64,000 nucleotides of DNA from Octopus vulgaris (GCA_951406725.2 OX597830.1:5580001-5644000); one strand, 5' to 3'; counted from the stretch's first letter, positions 27,372-40,057 are shown. The notes: generated from the sequence alone by a model not told the origin. Translations and numbers: made by a program.

Positions 27372-28589
27372 TATATATATATATATATATTTATGTGTAA
27401 TTTCATACACGTATATCCATATTCACTCATGTGAATGCAAACATATCTCTTTGTACTCATGTATATAAATGCATCACGCTAATTCCCATACGTGTGTGCG
27501 AATGTGTGTGTGTGTGTGTGTGTGTATGCATATATCTTTCCTTGCACAGGAAATAACTGCACGTGTACCACACTCATATTAACCCAAATGTATACGTACA
27601 TATATGCATATATAATATACACATATACATATTTATACACACATACACATACATGTATGTATATATATACATATATATATATACATATATACATATATAT
27701 ATACATATATACATACATATATATACGTATATCAATGTGTATAAATATATATATATATGAATGTGTGTGTATGTATAAACACATATATGTATAGATATAT
27801 GTATGTATATCTACGTATGTATGTATACAGAAATAGAGAAGATTGTGAAAAGAATAAATAAGCAACTATCATGAGTAAATATAATTATTTTTTATTCGGT
27901 GAATTTATAACAGAAAAGTGTTGTTGCAGCCAATGCAGTAAAATAATTGCAAAAAATGCAAATATGCAGCAGGAAATCAAGAATGAAGCTATTCATGCTG
28001 AGGAACGGATTTCTTTCGCGCTGGAATCACAATAAAAATATTTCAATAATTGGAAAACAATCAGGAAATTTATCACGATTTTACGAAATATGCTCTTTTC
28101 CTCGACATTTCTCTATCGCTTACTTCGCAGTTCACCCACACCATCTCCAAAAACGCAGAACAAAGATTAACAAAGAAAAAACGAAGAGAATTCACCAATT
28201 TCTCATAAAATTTCATCAAAGTGACATTCAACCTCGGTAAATAGATTGAAAGATTTTTCGCACAATTAAAAAAAGGAAGCTCACCTACAACACCATCCCA
28301 CGAGAGTAATTTGCATGTCACTGTCTCCGATTCGAAATCAGACTAATCCCACAAATTCAACATTTTCTGCAACTCCTTTAAAACATTCCGCGGCACCACG
28401 CAATTTTCAGTTACATAGAACTGCCGTCTACAGAAGAACAAACCTCCCCCCATATTCTTCTATGTCTTAGGCATTTTTCAAAGCTAATTCAATGGAGTTG
28501 AATCGCGTCACTGACCGGTTTATGTAAATATGAAACACACACACACGTCTGAAAGGAAGAGTAGCAGAAGCCATGTTATATACACACAC

Positions 28590-28634
<45 letters not shown>

Positions 28635-29460
28635 TATGTATGTATGTAAATTCATGCATACAATTCTCTGTGTATATGTGCGTGTGTGTGAGTGTGCTGT
28701 TGCAACTATGTGTGTGTGTGTTTGTGTATACATGCATATAAATTGCCATGGAATGAAGTATTAAAAATAACCGCCATAACATCATTAATCATCGCAATTG
28801 ACAATAAAAACAGATAAACATAAAGTTATGTAATCATCAACGATTTGGAGCCGCAGAAAAATGATTATATCTTACTCTTCAGCACAATTCCACCATATAT
28901 CTTTCCAAGAATCTTCAGGACATAATCGTCGGATTTTATTTATTTATTTACTTTTCAACTCTTTTCTTTTCTGTTATGCTTAGTTCCAATAAATTCACTG
29001 TTCTTGCTATTGTTGTCTTCGCCTCTTGCAGCACAAAAGGCTTTTAAACGATTCTTCGCAATAATCACCGCTGTGGCATCAAACCTTTCCAACATGACTG
29101 TCAGGAAATAAATGAATGGTAATGAAAAGAATTCATGGAGGGAGGTTAAGGAATTAATAAACAAAACGAAACATCATCCTCGTACACATCCACACATCCA
29201 GACACACACGTACACATCACACACATAAACATACGCACACATACACACACAGACATATGTAACATATATATATGTGCAGGAGTCGCTATGTGGTAAGTAG
29301 CTTGCTTACCAACAACATAATTCCGGGTCAGTCCTACTGCGTGGCACCTTGGGCAAGAGTCTTCTAATATATCCTCGGCCGACCAAAGCTTTGTGAGTGG
29401 ATTTGGTGGGCGGAAAGTGAAAGAAGCTCGTCGTATATATATATGTACATATATATATAT

Positions 29461-30014
29461 ATATTATATTAAATTAGAAATAAAACCACTATTAGGCAAA
29501 TCAAACAATGAAAAACTTAAGCCAATACATAAAATTAATTAATTTATATTATTTTAAATATATATCAAAAGTATTAAAAGTTTAATAAAAGATAATGAGT
29601 AAAACACTACTATCGTTTCGTGGCTGTCCAATTCGTATATAATTCGAGTTATGGTTACAGTCAATCTTCAGGTAATTGAAATATTTATCTTAGCGAGGTT
29701 TAGCAAAGATAAATATTTCAATTACCTGAAGATTGACTGTAACCATAACTCGAATTATTACGAATTGGACAGCCATGAAACGATCGTAGTGTTTTACTCA
29801 TTATCTTTTATTAAACTTTTAATAATTTTGATATATATTTAAAATAATATAAATTAATTAATTTTATGTATTGGCTTAAGTTTTTCATTGTTTGATTTGC
29901 CTAATAGTTGTTTTATCTCTAATTTAATATAATATAATATTTTACTATAAAATTGGATTCAATCCTAACTCTGATTTTTCCCTGTAAGTTTGGATTTATT
30001 CCCTAATATTTCAT

Positions 30015-30017
<3 letters not shown>
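29461..30017. mobile_element. fold-back element: ~230-bp inverted arms, 14-nt loop, ~80-bp unpaired tail; probable Penelope-like pLTR remnant
   Basis: 29461-29691 is the reverse complement of 29706-29935 with few mismatches; flanked by (TA)n; contains hammerhead cores. Confidence 0.8.
29720..29794 (+). ncRNA. type I hammerhead-ribozyme-like motif
   Basis: aattac-CTGAAGA-(tgactgt...acagcca stem II)-GAAAC-GATC-GTA-gtgttt. Stem III ACGATCGT is palindromic; GUA triplet at 29786-29788. A mirror copy lies on the minus strand at about 29602-29677. Confidence 0.6.
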
Positions 30018-30049
<32 letters not shown>

Positions 30050-30268
30050 TTGTGTGTCTGTGTTTGTCTCCCCACTATCACTTGGCAACCGATGTTGGTG
30101 TGTTTAAGTAGCCGCAACATAGCGGTTCGGCTGATGTGTCGGATAGAATAAGCACTAGGCTTACATAGAATAAGTCCTCAGTTCGATTTGTTCGACTAAA
30201 AGCGGTGCTCCAGCATGGCTGCAGTCAAATGACTGAAACAAGTAAAACAACGAAAGATTATATATATA

Positions 30269-30800
30269 TAAATAGAAACATCATTATTTCTAAATCTCTC
30301 AAAGAGAGATATTCAGTAACAGTTATTTAAAGTAAAGTGTATTAGCCAACATAATGTGGCAGTCCTGGATGGGACGAATGTTACTGTTGTTTAGCCCCAG
30401 GAAAAGTCGTTTTCAGCTGGCTATACGACACAATTTCTGTGTCCTTATATTTTCGAACAGTGGAGTTCAGCACCCACATCCAGCACAAAACAAAATCTGT
30501 GGATCTATTTCTGGGTTATTGCCCCTTATCAATACAGAGTAGCTGCTCGGCTAGACGGCGCTGCTGAATTCCCGTTAGAAAATATATAATTTTCAAAGTG
30601 ACACATAGTTACTAATCTAATAAATAGAAACATTATTTCTAAACCTCTCAAAGAAAGATATTCAGTAACAGTAATTTAAAGTAAAGACTATTTGCCAACA
30701 TTTACTGGATGGGGATGCTGAGCTCCCCTGTTCGAAAACATAAAGACAACAGTAACATTCGTCCCATCCAGAATTGCTACATTATGTTAGCAAATAAATA
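30269..30800 (-). mobile_element. Penelope-like remnant with partial direct and inverted repeats
   Basis: Direct repeat 30269-30352 / 30621-30701. Segment 30705-30792 is an inverted, internally deleted copy of 30345-30483. Degenerate minus-strand hammerhead ctctgta-TTGATAA-gggg-caataa-ccca-GAAA-tagatc-cacaga at 30496-30539. Confidence 0.65.
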
Positions 30801-30808
30801 TTCTTAGA

Positions 30809-30850
<42 letters not shown>

Positions 30851-30862
30851 CACATATATATA

Positions 30863-30897
<35 letters not shown>

Positions 30898-30903
<6 letters not shown>

Positions 30904-31147
30904 TTGCAAGATGTTGGATGTGAAATCATGTGTTGAAACAGATATTGTTGTATTTAGGAATGGTCATTTTTCCAGAAAGAAGAAAGCAAAGGACCACTGA
31001 TGCTGCCACAGGAGTGTGACGAAAGAATTATGGCCGAAATAAGACTAAGTTTAATGTAAAAAATAAATAACGCTGAAGCAAAGAAACACCAAATATATAG
31101 TGCGTGTGTTTTTATTGGCTAAACTGGCAAAATGACCATTCCTAAAT

Positions 31148-31157
<10 letters not shown>
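30898..31157 (+). mobile_element. short fold-back insert in (TA)n with a degenerate hammerhead-like core
   Basis: Inverted repeat atattgttgtatttaggaatggtcattt (about 30942) / aaatgaccattcctaaatacaacaatat (to 31157). Spacer holds cca-CTGATGC-tgccac-agga-gtgtgac-GAAA-gaatta-tgg at about 30994-31033. Confidence 0.6.
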
Positions 31158-31214
<57 letters not shown>

Positions 31215-31525
31215 GTATATATGTTTATATGTATGTATAAGCATTTGTGTTAGTATGAATATTTATACGATTGCCACCTTGCCGAGATCCATAAAGTGAT
31301 TTGTTCGAAAGAAATGAAAATTGGCGGAAATTTTTCCGGTGAGAGTGATGTGTAGAAGAGAAGGAAGGTCTGGGATGTGTTCTGTGACATTTATTTCTCT
31401 TTCAATAGAAATAGTCGCCTAAAGGAAGAGAAATCACCAGAAATCAACATCCAGTCACTTCATCACCTAGGAATACTCTCACTCACGCATGCACACACGC
31501 ACACGTATATATCTTTATAGCCACA

Positions 31526-31579
<54 letters not shown>

Positions 31580-31580
31580 T

Positions 31581-31617
<37 letters not shown>

Positions 31618-32609
31618 CGTGTATATGCGAAACTACATCATCAATATCTCCAAATTCTTCAGTTAGGTTGCTGATGCCAAATTAATGAATGATGGACCAC
31701 TTGCTTACAGAACGTGGCATCACAAAATGAAACCTCATCACTCATTTATAATTTCGATGACATAGAATTTCTTGGAAGGGATCAATATCAGTGAAAGTAA
31801 AGAGAAGAATTGGGTAAAGGAATGCCTTGCACCCTGCTTCTCTTTGAATAACTTTTTATATTAACCAGTTTTTCAGTGATGTAACACTCACTGTTAGAGC
31901 GACGACATCATAATATTCAGTCTTTGATTGAAGTATCGTTCCCTTCATTTTCTGAAGGCTGTTTTTGCATCATTCTTCTTCAACGGGTTTTAGGCAGCCA
32001 AGGTAAGACAGGCGTTCATATAAAATAAACTAAAATGCATAACTATAAAAAGATTTATGAATAGGAAGACACACACTGTGACTTCAACTGTGGTTCAATA
32101 TATTCTTAGTTGTATACGAATGTGAAATATGTATATGAAATTAACGGCAAGCAATGAGCGCGCGCGTGTGTATATTTAACGTTACAAATATAAGGATTAA
32201 AATTATCAAATAATCATTTACCAATGGGTAGCATGCGTAATAAGCGTCAGAAGACATAAATATTTTTAAATATAAGAGTGTATGAAATGCACACGAAAAG
32301 AAAACCACCATGTATGTGGATTACTTACATACTAAAAATAGCAGTCAAAGCCTAAAACCATATACGGTTCTAATTTTACGGTGTTTTATTTCGCTGGAAA
32401 ATAATATTATTGTATTGTAATAATATTTGTAGTCTTATACAAAACTTTTTCACTGATCTCGGTTCTGTTTATGGCTGAGGCTATTGGCCGAGTATACAGG
32501 CATTGATGTGGCGGACATTTTTAATTTAGTCTCTCCGGTAAATCTAGCCGACGAGGACCGATAACAAACGTGTTCTAAAAGGTTCAAAACTCGAGTTCGA
32601 GCTTGTCCA

Positions 32610-32790
32610 TTTCTCTGGCATTCTTCCTGTCTTTATGTTCTGAGTTCAAATTCCGCCAAGGCCGACTTTGCCTTTCATCCCTTTCGCAGTCGAAAAATTA
32701 ATTAAGTACCAGTTGCATACTGGGGTCAGTCTAATCGACTGGTTCCCTCCCCAAAACATTACGGGCCTTGTGCTTAGAAAAGAAAATTTG
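32610..32790 (+). mobile_element. SINE family A
   Basis: gagttcaaattccgccaaggccgactttgcctttcatccc...ggccttgtgcttagaa. Confidence 0.8.
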
Positions 32791-32944
32791 ATATTTATGG
32801 TTTCTTCAAGTTTTCACTTCAGGCTTCGAATAGTCGTTACTAGAACTTGTTCCGAGAAGAATATTCTAACTTAATCAATGTATTTCTTTCTGTATGCGTG
32901 ACGTGACGTGTGTGTGTGTGTATGCATATGTTTGCGCGCAAGTC

Positions 32945-32983
<39 letters not shown>

Positions 32984-33396
32984 ATGCGCGTTTCCTGAAT
33001 GTGACATTAGATTTTGATTCCTTGTTAGTGATTTCACTTCCTTTTGGCAACCTTTCCAAACGAAACAGAGAACTATTTCCTTGCTGCCAAAACAAACTGA
33101 CAAAGAAGTTAAAATGAAAATGCTTAGTTTTATTCTATAGACACATCGTCATGATGCGTCGGGTTTCTGCAATCATTAAATTTTTAAAATATGACTCAAA
33201 AAGTTAGACTTAGCCCCAACAGAGGAAACGGTACGAAATAATTATGCTCTTCTTCGGACGAAATCATTCTGCGTCAGGCCGTGAGGCACTCTGATGTCTC
33301 TCAGTTTCATCATAATAGATGGAAACATTATATTAGAGTTAGATATTCATGTAACCACAGAAGCACGTGTTTATAATGTGATATAATATAGTAGCA

Positions 33397-33455
33397 TCTA
33401 TATAAGAATCTGCTTGTTCGTCCGTCCCTTAACTTTCGTTAATTAGAGAGGTGGA

Positions 33456-33492
<37 letters not shown>

Positions 33493-34277
33493 GTGAGTAG
33501 AGAAGGAAGACGTGAGGAAGAAGTAGATAAAGATGTATAATAAGGCCAAATGTGTCACGTGATTAGTTGAAGGGAGAGAGGAAGAGGAAGAGAAAAGACG
33601 GTGAGAGAAAAGAGGGAGAGAGAAGTGTTAACGACGTGCGGTAGGGTGGGGAGGGAAACGCAAAGAGAAAGAGATATGTTGAAGATAGAATATTTAGCAG
33701 TGATGTTCTGGTGTGAGGTTAAAGAAAGGCTGATAAAAAGAGATGGACAGGGGAGGCAGCTACATTGAAAGAGAGAGAAGAAAAAAGAGAGAGTGAGAGA
33801 GAGAGAGAGAGAAATAAAGAGAGAGAGAGAGAGCGGCAGATAACGTAGAGTGGTGGTGATGGTGGTGAGAAGTATTTTTGTTTATTGAACTAAATCTATA
33901 TTCTTCTTCTCCCTAATCGTTCACACTTTACGCTTTAGCGTGTGAGAGAGAGAGAGAGGAAGAGGAAAGGAGAGAGTGAGTGAGAGAGCATCTAGCCAGT
34001 CGATGCGTTATGCTGCCACTCACGTGGTTAGTGGAAATCAGAGGTGAAGAGAAAGAGAAATGTTAAACACAGGAAGAGGGGAATTACGTTGAAGAGGTAG
34101 AGAGAAGGAGAAAAAAATTTAAATAAAGTGCTTAGTCAAAGGGAATTCCTAAAGCCATATATTATTGGGACTGGAAGTGAAATGACAGCGAAATAAAAAT
34201 CAAAATCATTCTTTCCATCTTAAATAGCTTCTCTTAATATTTTTTTCGTTCTGTGGTATTTCGACAGACCCCACTAG
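33397..34277 (+). mobile_element. non-autonomous Helitron-like element with GA-rich interior
   Basis: A|TCTATATAAG 5' end; tctgt...acaga hairpin at 34250-34268; CTAG|T at 34274-34278. Confidence 0.6.
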
Positions 34278-34295
34278 TATAATATAATATAATAT

Positions 34296-34472
34296 ATTTT
34301 CTATTAAAGGCACAAGGCCTGGAATATTAGGGGCGGGGGCTTGTCGATTAGATCTACGCCAGTACTTAACTGGAACTTAATTTATCTACAGCGAAAGGAT
34401 GAAAGGCAAAGTCGATTTCTGCGGAATTTGAACTCAGAACGTAAAGACAGACAAAATACCGCTAAGCATTTC
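34296..34472 (-). mobile_element. SINE family A, head missing where the Hero-like fragment begins
   Basis: Core present; similarity stops after gctaagcatttcg. Confidence 0.8.
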
Positions 34473-34474
34473 GT

Positions 34475-34893
34475 GATATATCTCACGGATGAATGTGATC
34501 CATTGTCAGTGGTGTTTCTGGAATCCCAGGGCGTTTCGGGTTTTTCAACATCAGACCTCCACGCCTATGCAACCTGATGACCCAAAACCGTTCGATCAAG
34601 TTCCAGCTTGCATCTCAATAACAGCAAACCGGTCAGAAAAATATTTGACCCGAAGTCACAGATTGGCCTTCCCTCAGGTTTCAGCAATGTAACCTATGAC
34701 CTTTTTTTTTTTTTCTTTTTGCTGTGTCAATAATTCAAAGCTCAGTCGGCGAATTTCGGAATAATCGCCGCCGGAACAGAACCGCCACATCCCGCTTCTA
34801 TTGCCTTTCACCATGCCTGCCAGCCCCGATTTCTGTACTCTTCTACCAGCACATAGTATTCATCACGCTTCCTATCATGGGCATCCTCCTTAA
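34475..34893 (-). mobile_element. Hero-like (R2-group, RLE) non-LTR retrotransposon 3' end
   Basis: Manual minus-strand translation gives KEDAHDRKRDEYYVLVEEYRNRGWQAW*KAIEAGCGG and KKKVIGYIAET*GKANL*LRVK. The 3' UTR ctgatgttgaaaaacccgaaacgccc resembles Hero 3' UTRs as I recall them. Confidence 0.7.
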
Positions 34894-34894
34894 T

Positions 34895-34957
34895 ATAATC
34901 GCGTGACCGATAGGCTATCGGATGTTGGACATCGCTGATCATGATGCGCTTTGCATA
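34895..34957 (-). mobile_element. SINE family B 3' fragment
   Basis: Diverged reverse complement of the 23186-23247 tail. Confidence 0.65.
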
Positions 34958-34979
34958 TTATAATAAATATTATTACATT

Positions 34980-35935
34980 GGTTTCAATTTTTGACACAAG
35001 GCCAGTAAATTTGGGGGAGGGTATGAGTCGACTACATCGACCTCAATACTCAACTGGTACTTATTTAATTGACTTCGAAAGGATGAAAGGCAAAGTCGAC
35101 CTCGGTGGAATTTGAACTCTGAACGTAAAGACGGATGAAATGCCGCTAAGAATTTTATCCGGCGTGCTAACGATTCCGCCAGCTCACCGCCTTAAATGAT
35201 CCTATCTTCTATAGACACAAAGACACAAATTTGGGAGGGAGGGGGTTAAGTCGATTACATCGACATCAGTGTTCAACTAGTACCTATTTTCTTGACCCCC
35301 AGAGATGAAAGACAAATTCGTCCTCGGCAGAATTTGAACTCAGAACGTAAAGAGGGACGAAACGAGGCTGCGCATTTTGCCCGGCGTGCTAACGATACTG
35401 CCAGCTCCCCGCCTTAATAAATTATATAATATGATAGAGCGTAATATAATATAATCCTTCCAACTGTAGGCATAAGGCTTGTCATTTGGGGGCGGGTCCA
35501 TTAAATCGGCCCCAGTATTCAACTTATATTTAATTTATTGACCCCGAAATTGTTTGAGGCAAAGTCGACCACGGCGGATTTGATCCTAGAACATAAAGAC
35601 GGACGAGATGCTACCAAGCATGTCGTCCGGCGTGCTCACGATTCTGCCAGCTCACTGCCTTAATAAATACTACAATATGATAGAATGTAATATAATATAT
35701 ATATTTCTTTATTGCCCACTGGGGGCTAAACAGAGAGGGAACAAACAAGGGCGGACAAAGGGATTAAGCCGATTACATCGACCCCGGTGCGCAACTGGTA
35801 CTTATTTAATAGACCCGGAAAGGATGAAAGGCAAAGTCGACCTCGACGCAATTTGAATACAGAACGTAAAAGACAGACGAAATACCGCAAAGCATTTCGC
35901 CCAGCGTGCTAACGTTTCTGCCAGCTGACTGCTTT
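34980..35935 (-). mobile_element. cluster of four head-to-tail SINE family A copies
   Basis: Copies at about 34980-35193, 35205-35415, 35457-35661 and 35703-35935, each ending ccagct...gc.tt. Confidence 0.9.
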
Positions 35936-36261
35936 AATAGATACTATAATTTGATAGAATATATTAAAATGGAATGTATTATAATAGGGTCGCGCGATTA
36001 TAGACAGGTTGTTTCGTTGTGGCCTCGAAAAAAAGAAATTCTCATTTATCCAGTCGACTCAGCTGAAAGCAAATACCATTCTGTCTGATGAGTCAGACTT
36101 GATTCCCTCCAGATATCACATTTATACACTTTTACATATAAATACCAAGCGAGGTGTGGAGCTTTACGTTGGTTCCGAAAATAAAATAAAAATACAGAAA
36201 GCGAATCGTCTTAAACTTTCAATATATCAGCAGATTATTTACTAAAATATGGCATATAACC

Positions 36262-36342
<81 letters not shown>

Positions 36343-36377
36343 ATGCAAATATATATATAATATGGATATATATAAGT

Positions 36378-36432
<55 letters not shown>

Positions 36433-37044
36433 CGTACTTACACATACATACATATATATATACACACGTACGTGTGTATATGTGTGTAATGTGTGTTTAC
36501 AAACGTATGCATATATGTATGCGAATGTATGAACGCGGTGCATTATTTTGAATTAATATCATAACTAATGTAATTTTACATGTCTTAAAGAAACAGCATA
36601 TTCAATAGTGATAACAACAACAAAAACAACAAAAACAGCAATAGGAAAGACAAAAAGAAAAAATAGAAGACGAAGAGCAATAAAAAACCATACAGGGAGG
36701 AAAATATATTCCAATGTTGAGAGGAAGCGAAATGCAACTGTGAAGAATTTGGATTATAAAATCGATGATGGAAGTGCCAAACTACAATAAGTTTTCAGTC
36801 TTGTTTTCTCCAAGTTCACACACACACACACGCGCGCGCGCGCATGCATGTATCTGTGTGTGTGTATTCATGTATATATGCATATAGATTCTCACGTACG
36901 TGCTCATACACACACGCATAGGTTCACATGACAATATACACCACACGCACATATCGACACAGTTATATCACTCTGTAGGCATATATTTTATATGCACTTC
37001 TATTTATATATCTGTATACATGTATCTAAAAGATTAATATATTT

Positions 37045-37085
<41 letters not shown>

Positions 37086-37145
37086 GAGCGGGAAGTCGAT
37101 AAAAAAGTAGAGATTAATAGATAGAAATGAGTATATATGAGTATA

Positions 37146-37196
<51 letters not shown>

Positions 37197-37293
37197 GTGT
37201 TTGTGCCTGTATGCACATACACATACATACTCTTGTATTAACACGCATACTTTAGCAAACATATGCGCACATATAGACACACACACATACACT

Positions 37294-37342
<49 letters not shown>

Positions 37343-37696
37343 GCATTTCTTTTCTTTTTCTTTTTCTTTGATTCTGTCTTTTCGCACCTACCACGTACAA
37401 TATTCCTTGATTTACTGCCGTTGAAAATCTGCTGTTCTCACCAAATTTACTTACTGTCTTCAATGGGCCAAGAAATTCATTGATCCTTCCATAGCGCCTC
37501 TCCTTTTTTTTATGTCTCCGTGTTCTGCCATCTCTTCAAAGTGCTCTGTTGTTCTCCGCTGCACTACAAATTCTTCAAATATACAATCGAGAAGAATGTA
37601 CCATATATGCACATAGAAAGATGCGCAACTACAAGGGATTCTACACATACACACATATGTATGTATATATATATATATATATATATATAGATAGAT

Positions 37697-37727
<31 letters not shown>

Positions 37728-38324
37728 CGCACATATGTAAGAATGTAAATATATAAATACGTATATATATATTATAGGTATAAATACATACATATATATG
37801 TATGTATATATATATATATATATATACATACATATTTTTTGTATATATGTACATATATATACACTCATAAATACACACACACATAAATATATGTACAGGT
37901 TTATATAGACAGGGAAAGTTAGATTCACAAAACCACCAACTCACACGCGTATATCCCATACACGGACGTACACGAAATCTATACATATCAATAGAGACTG
38001 ATATTTTATTACCGTTTTTTATTGTTCGTGTATTTAATCATATTTAATCAATTATATATGTTTTGTCTGTATGTATGTGTGTGTGTGTGTTTTCAAATGG
38101 CATCAGCCAATGAGAAGCAAGCAACATTGATATCTACCCGTGTTGCTGGTGTACGTCAGAAGTAGAAGCTACTACCTGCTAGATCGCTATAGAGATCAAT
38201 GAAATCAAGTAAATATATAGTTATTTTAGTAATATATACATGCATATATCCATACATAAATATATATACCTTTACATACATACATATACGGATATATATA
38301 TATATATATATATATAAATTCATA

Positions 38325-38538
38325 TACACATACATGTGTATATTTACCTATATATGTATAAACAAAAGAGGTTTTTTTCGTATTGTTGTTCAGAGATGTA
38401 CATATATATACACACATATATATATATACATTCCTATATACATGCTTGTATATATTTACGTATATATGTATAAACCAAAGAATAGGCATTTTTTGTATTT
38501 TTAGGCAGATATATATATATATATATATATATGCATTA

Positions 38539-38575
<37 letters not shown>

Positions 38576-38680
38576 GTATATATACATTACTATATACATG
38601 TTTGTGTATATTTACCTATATATGTATAAACAAAAGAGAAGGCCTTTTTCGTATTGTTGGTCAGAGATTTATATATATGC

Positions 38681-38737
<57 letters not shown>

Positions 38738-38822
38738 TGAATTCCTATATACATGCTTGTGTATATTTACGTATATATGTATAAAGAAAAGAGAAGGCTT
38801 TTTTCGTATTGTTGCTTAAACG
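38325..38822. repeat. four ~80-bp units separated by variable (TA)-rich spacers
   Basis: tatatttac.tatatatgtataaa.aaaaga...tttttcgtattgttg at about 38330, 38440, 38595 and 38750. Confidence 0.85.
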
Positions 38823-38895
38823 GATAGTTAGTTAGATGAATAACTTAATAGGTATAAAAACAAGAACAATAACAGCAATCTCTATAATGATGTTC

Positions 38896-38949
<54 letters not shown>

Positions 38950-39527
38950 ATGATGGTGGTGGTGGTGGTGGTAGCGGTGGTTGTGGCAGTGGAGGTGGTG
39001 GTGTTGCAGAGAAAAGAAAAAAAAGGGAAAGATTGAAAAAAATAAGACGTTAGAAATTATCGAATGAAAGAAGGAACAAATGGTCGAATGAAGGATTGAA
39101 TGACTTGTGGAATACTCAGATGTATAAACGGATAAATGCAATAATATAATAACTATAAAACACAAATAACATTTGTATAAAAACCTACAAAAACATACAG
39201 AAAATCATACAGAAGCCTACGAAAAAGAAACGTAAAATGGCGAAGATATCACAGAAGAAACGGAAGATAGAGTAAAAGGCCAAATAATGTGATGAAGCGA
39301 TGCAATAGAAGAGATTTTGTGGAATAATATCGTTGAGGTATTGAAACGAGAATTGATCTGGTTAGATTAAATATAATAAAAGAGAGAAGGAATTGCAAGT
39401 AGCAGCGATGCAGACAACCAAATTCCAGATTCCTCGGGCAGAATCCTAAAAATGCACCAACAAACGGATGCTACTGACATTTTTTTAGGCCTTCATACTT
39501 CATACACACATATATATATATATGTAT

Positions 39528-39608
<81 letters not shown>

Positions 39609-39837
39609 CATAGTTAATAATTCATGTTTCATATATATATATACATATATATGGTTGTGTATGTGCGTGCATAGATAGATTCACTTGTATGCGTATTTAT
39701 ATACATATATATATCGATGCATTTATACATACACACAAACACACACACACATATATATATATTTATACATACATATATGTATCTGTATATTTCATATATC
39801 CATGTGTGTGCATATGTTGTGCCTGTGTGTGTATCTG

Positions 39838-39863
39838 TAGTAGTAGTAGTAGTAATAGTAGTT

Positions 39864-39912
<49 letters not shown>
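39838..39912. repeat. (TAG)n microsatellite
   Basis: Read directly from the sequence. Confidence 0.95.
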
Positions 39913-39913
<1 letters not shown>

Positions 39914-40057
39914 TATCGTATTAGTAGTCTAAAGATAGAAAGTAGAAATCAAGACAAGACTAAACTCTGACTTTTAATCCCATCAGAGAATCTAACAGAT
40001 TTCTTTACGTCATCTCGCCTTCAACAGACTATCTCTTTTTTTATTACAGAAATTGGC

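Larger units (their letters stand above)
29274..30250 (+). mobile_element. SINE family C (bipartite, internal microsatellite) interrupted by a fold-back insert
   Basis: 5' half gtgcaggagtcgctatgtggtaag...gaagctcgtcgtata (29274-29435) and 3' half ...gcagtcaaatgactgaaacaagtaaa (30050-30250) match the uninterrupted copy at 61323-61740. Confidence 0.85.

Noticed and set aside
37455-37563. Minus-strand coding exon
   Set aside because: Good GTAAGT donor but a weak acceptor, and stops in all three frames.
38165-38215. Hammerhead-like acctgctagatc...gatcaatgaaatc
   Set aside because: Core too degenerate to distinguish from chance.
38325-38822. CRISPR array
   Set aside because: Units are about 80 bp and diverged, spacers are microsatellite, there are no cas genes, and the context is eukaryotic.
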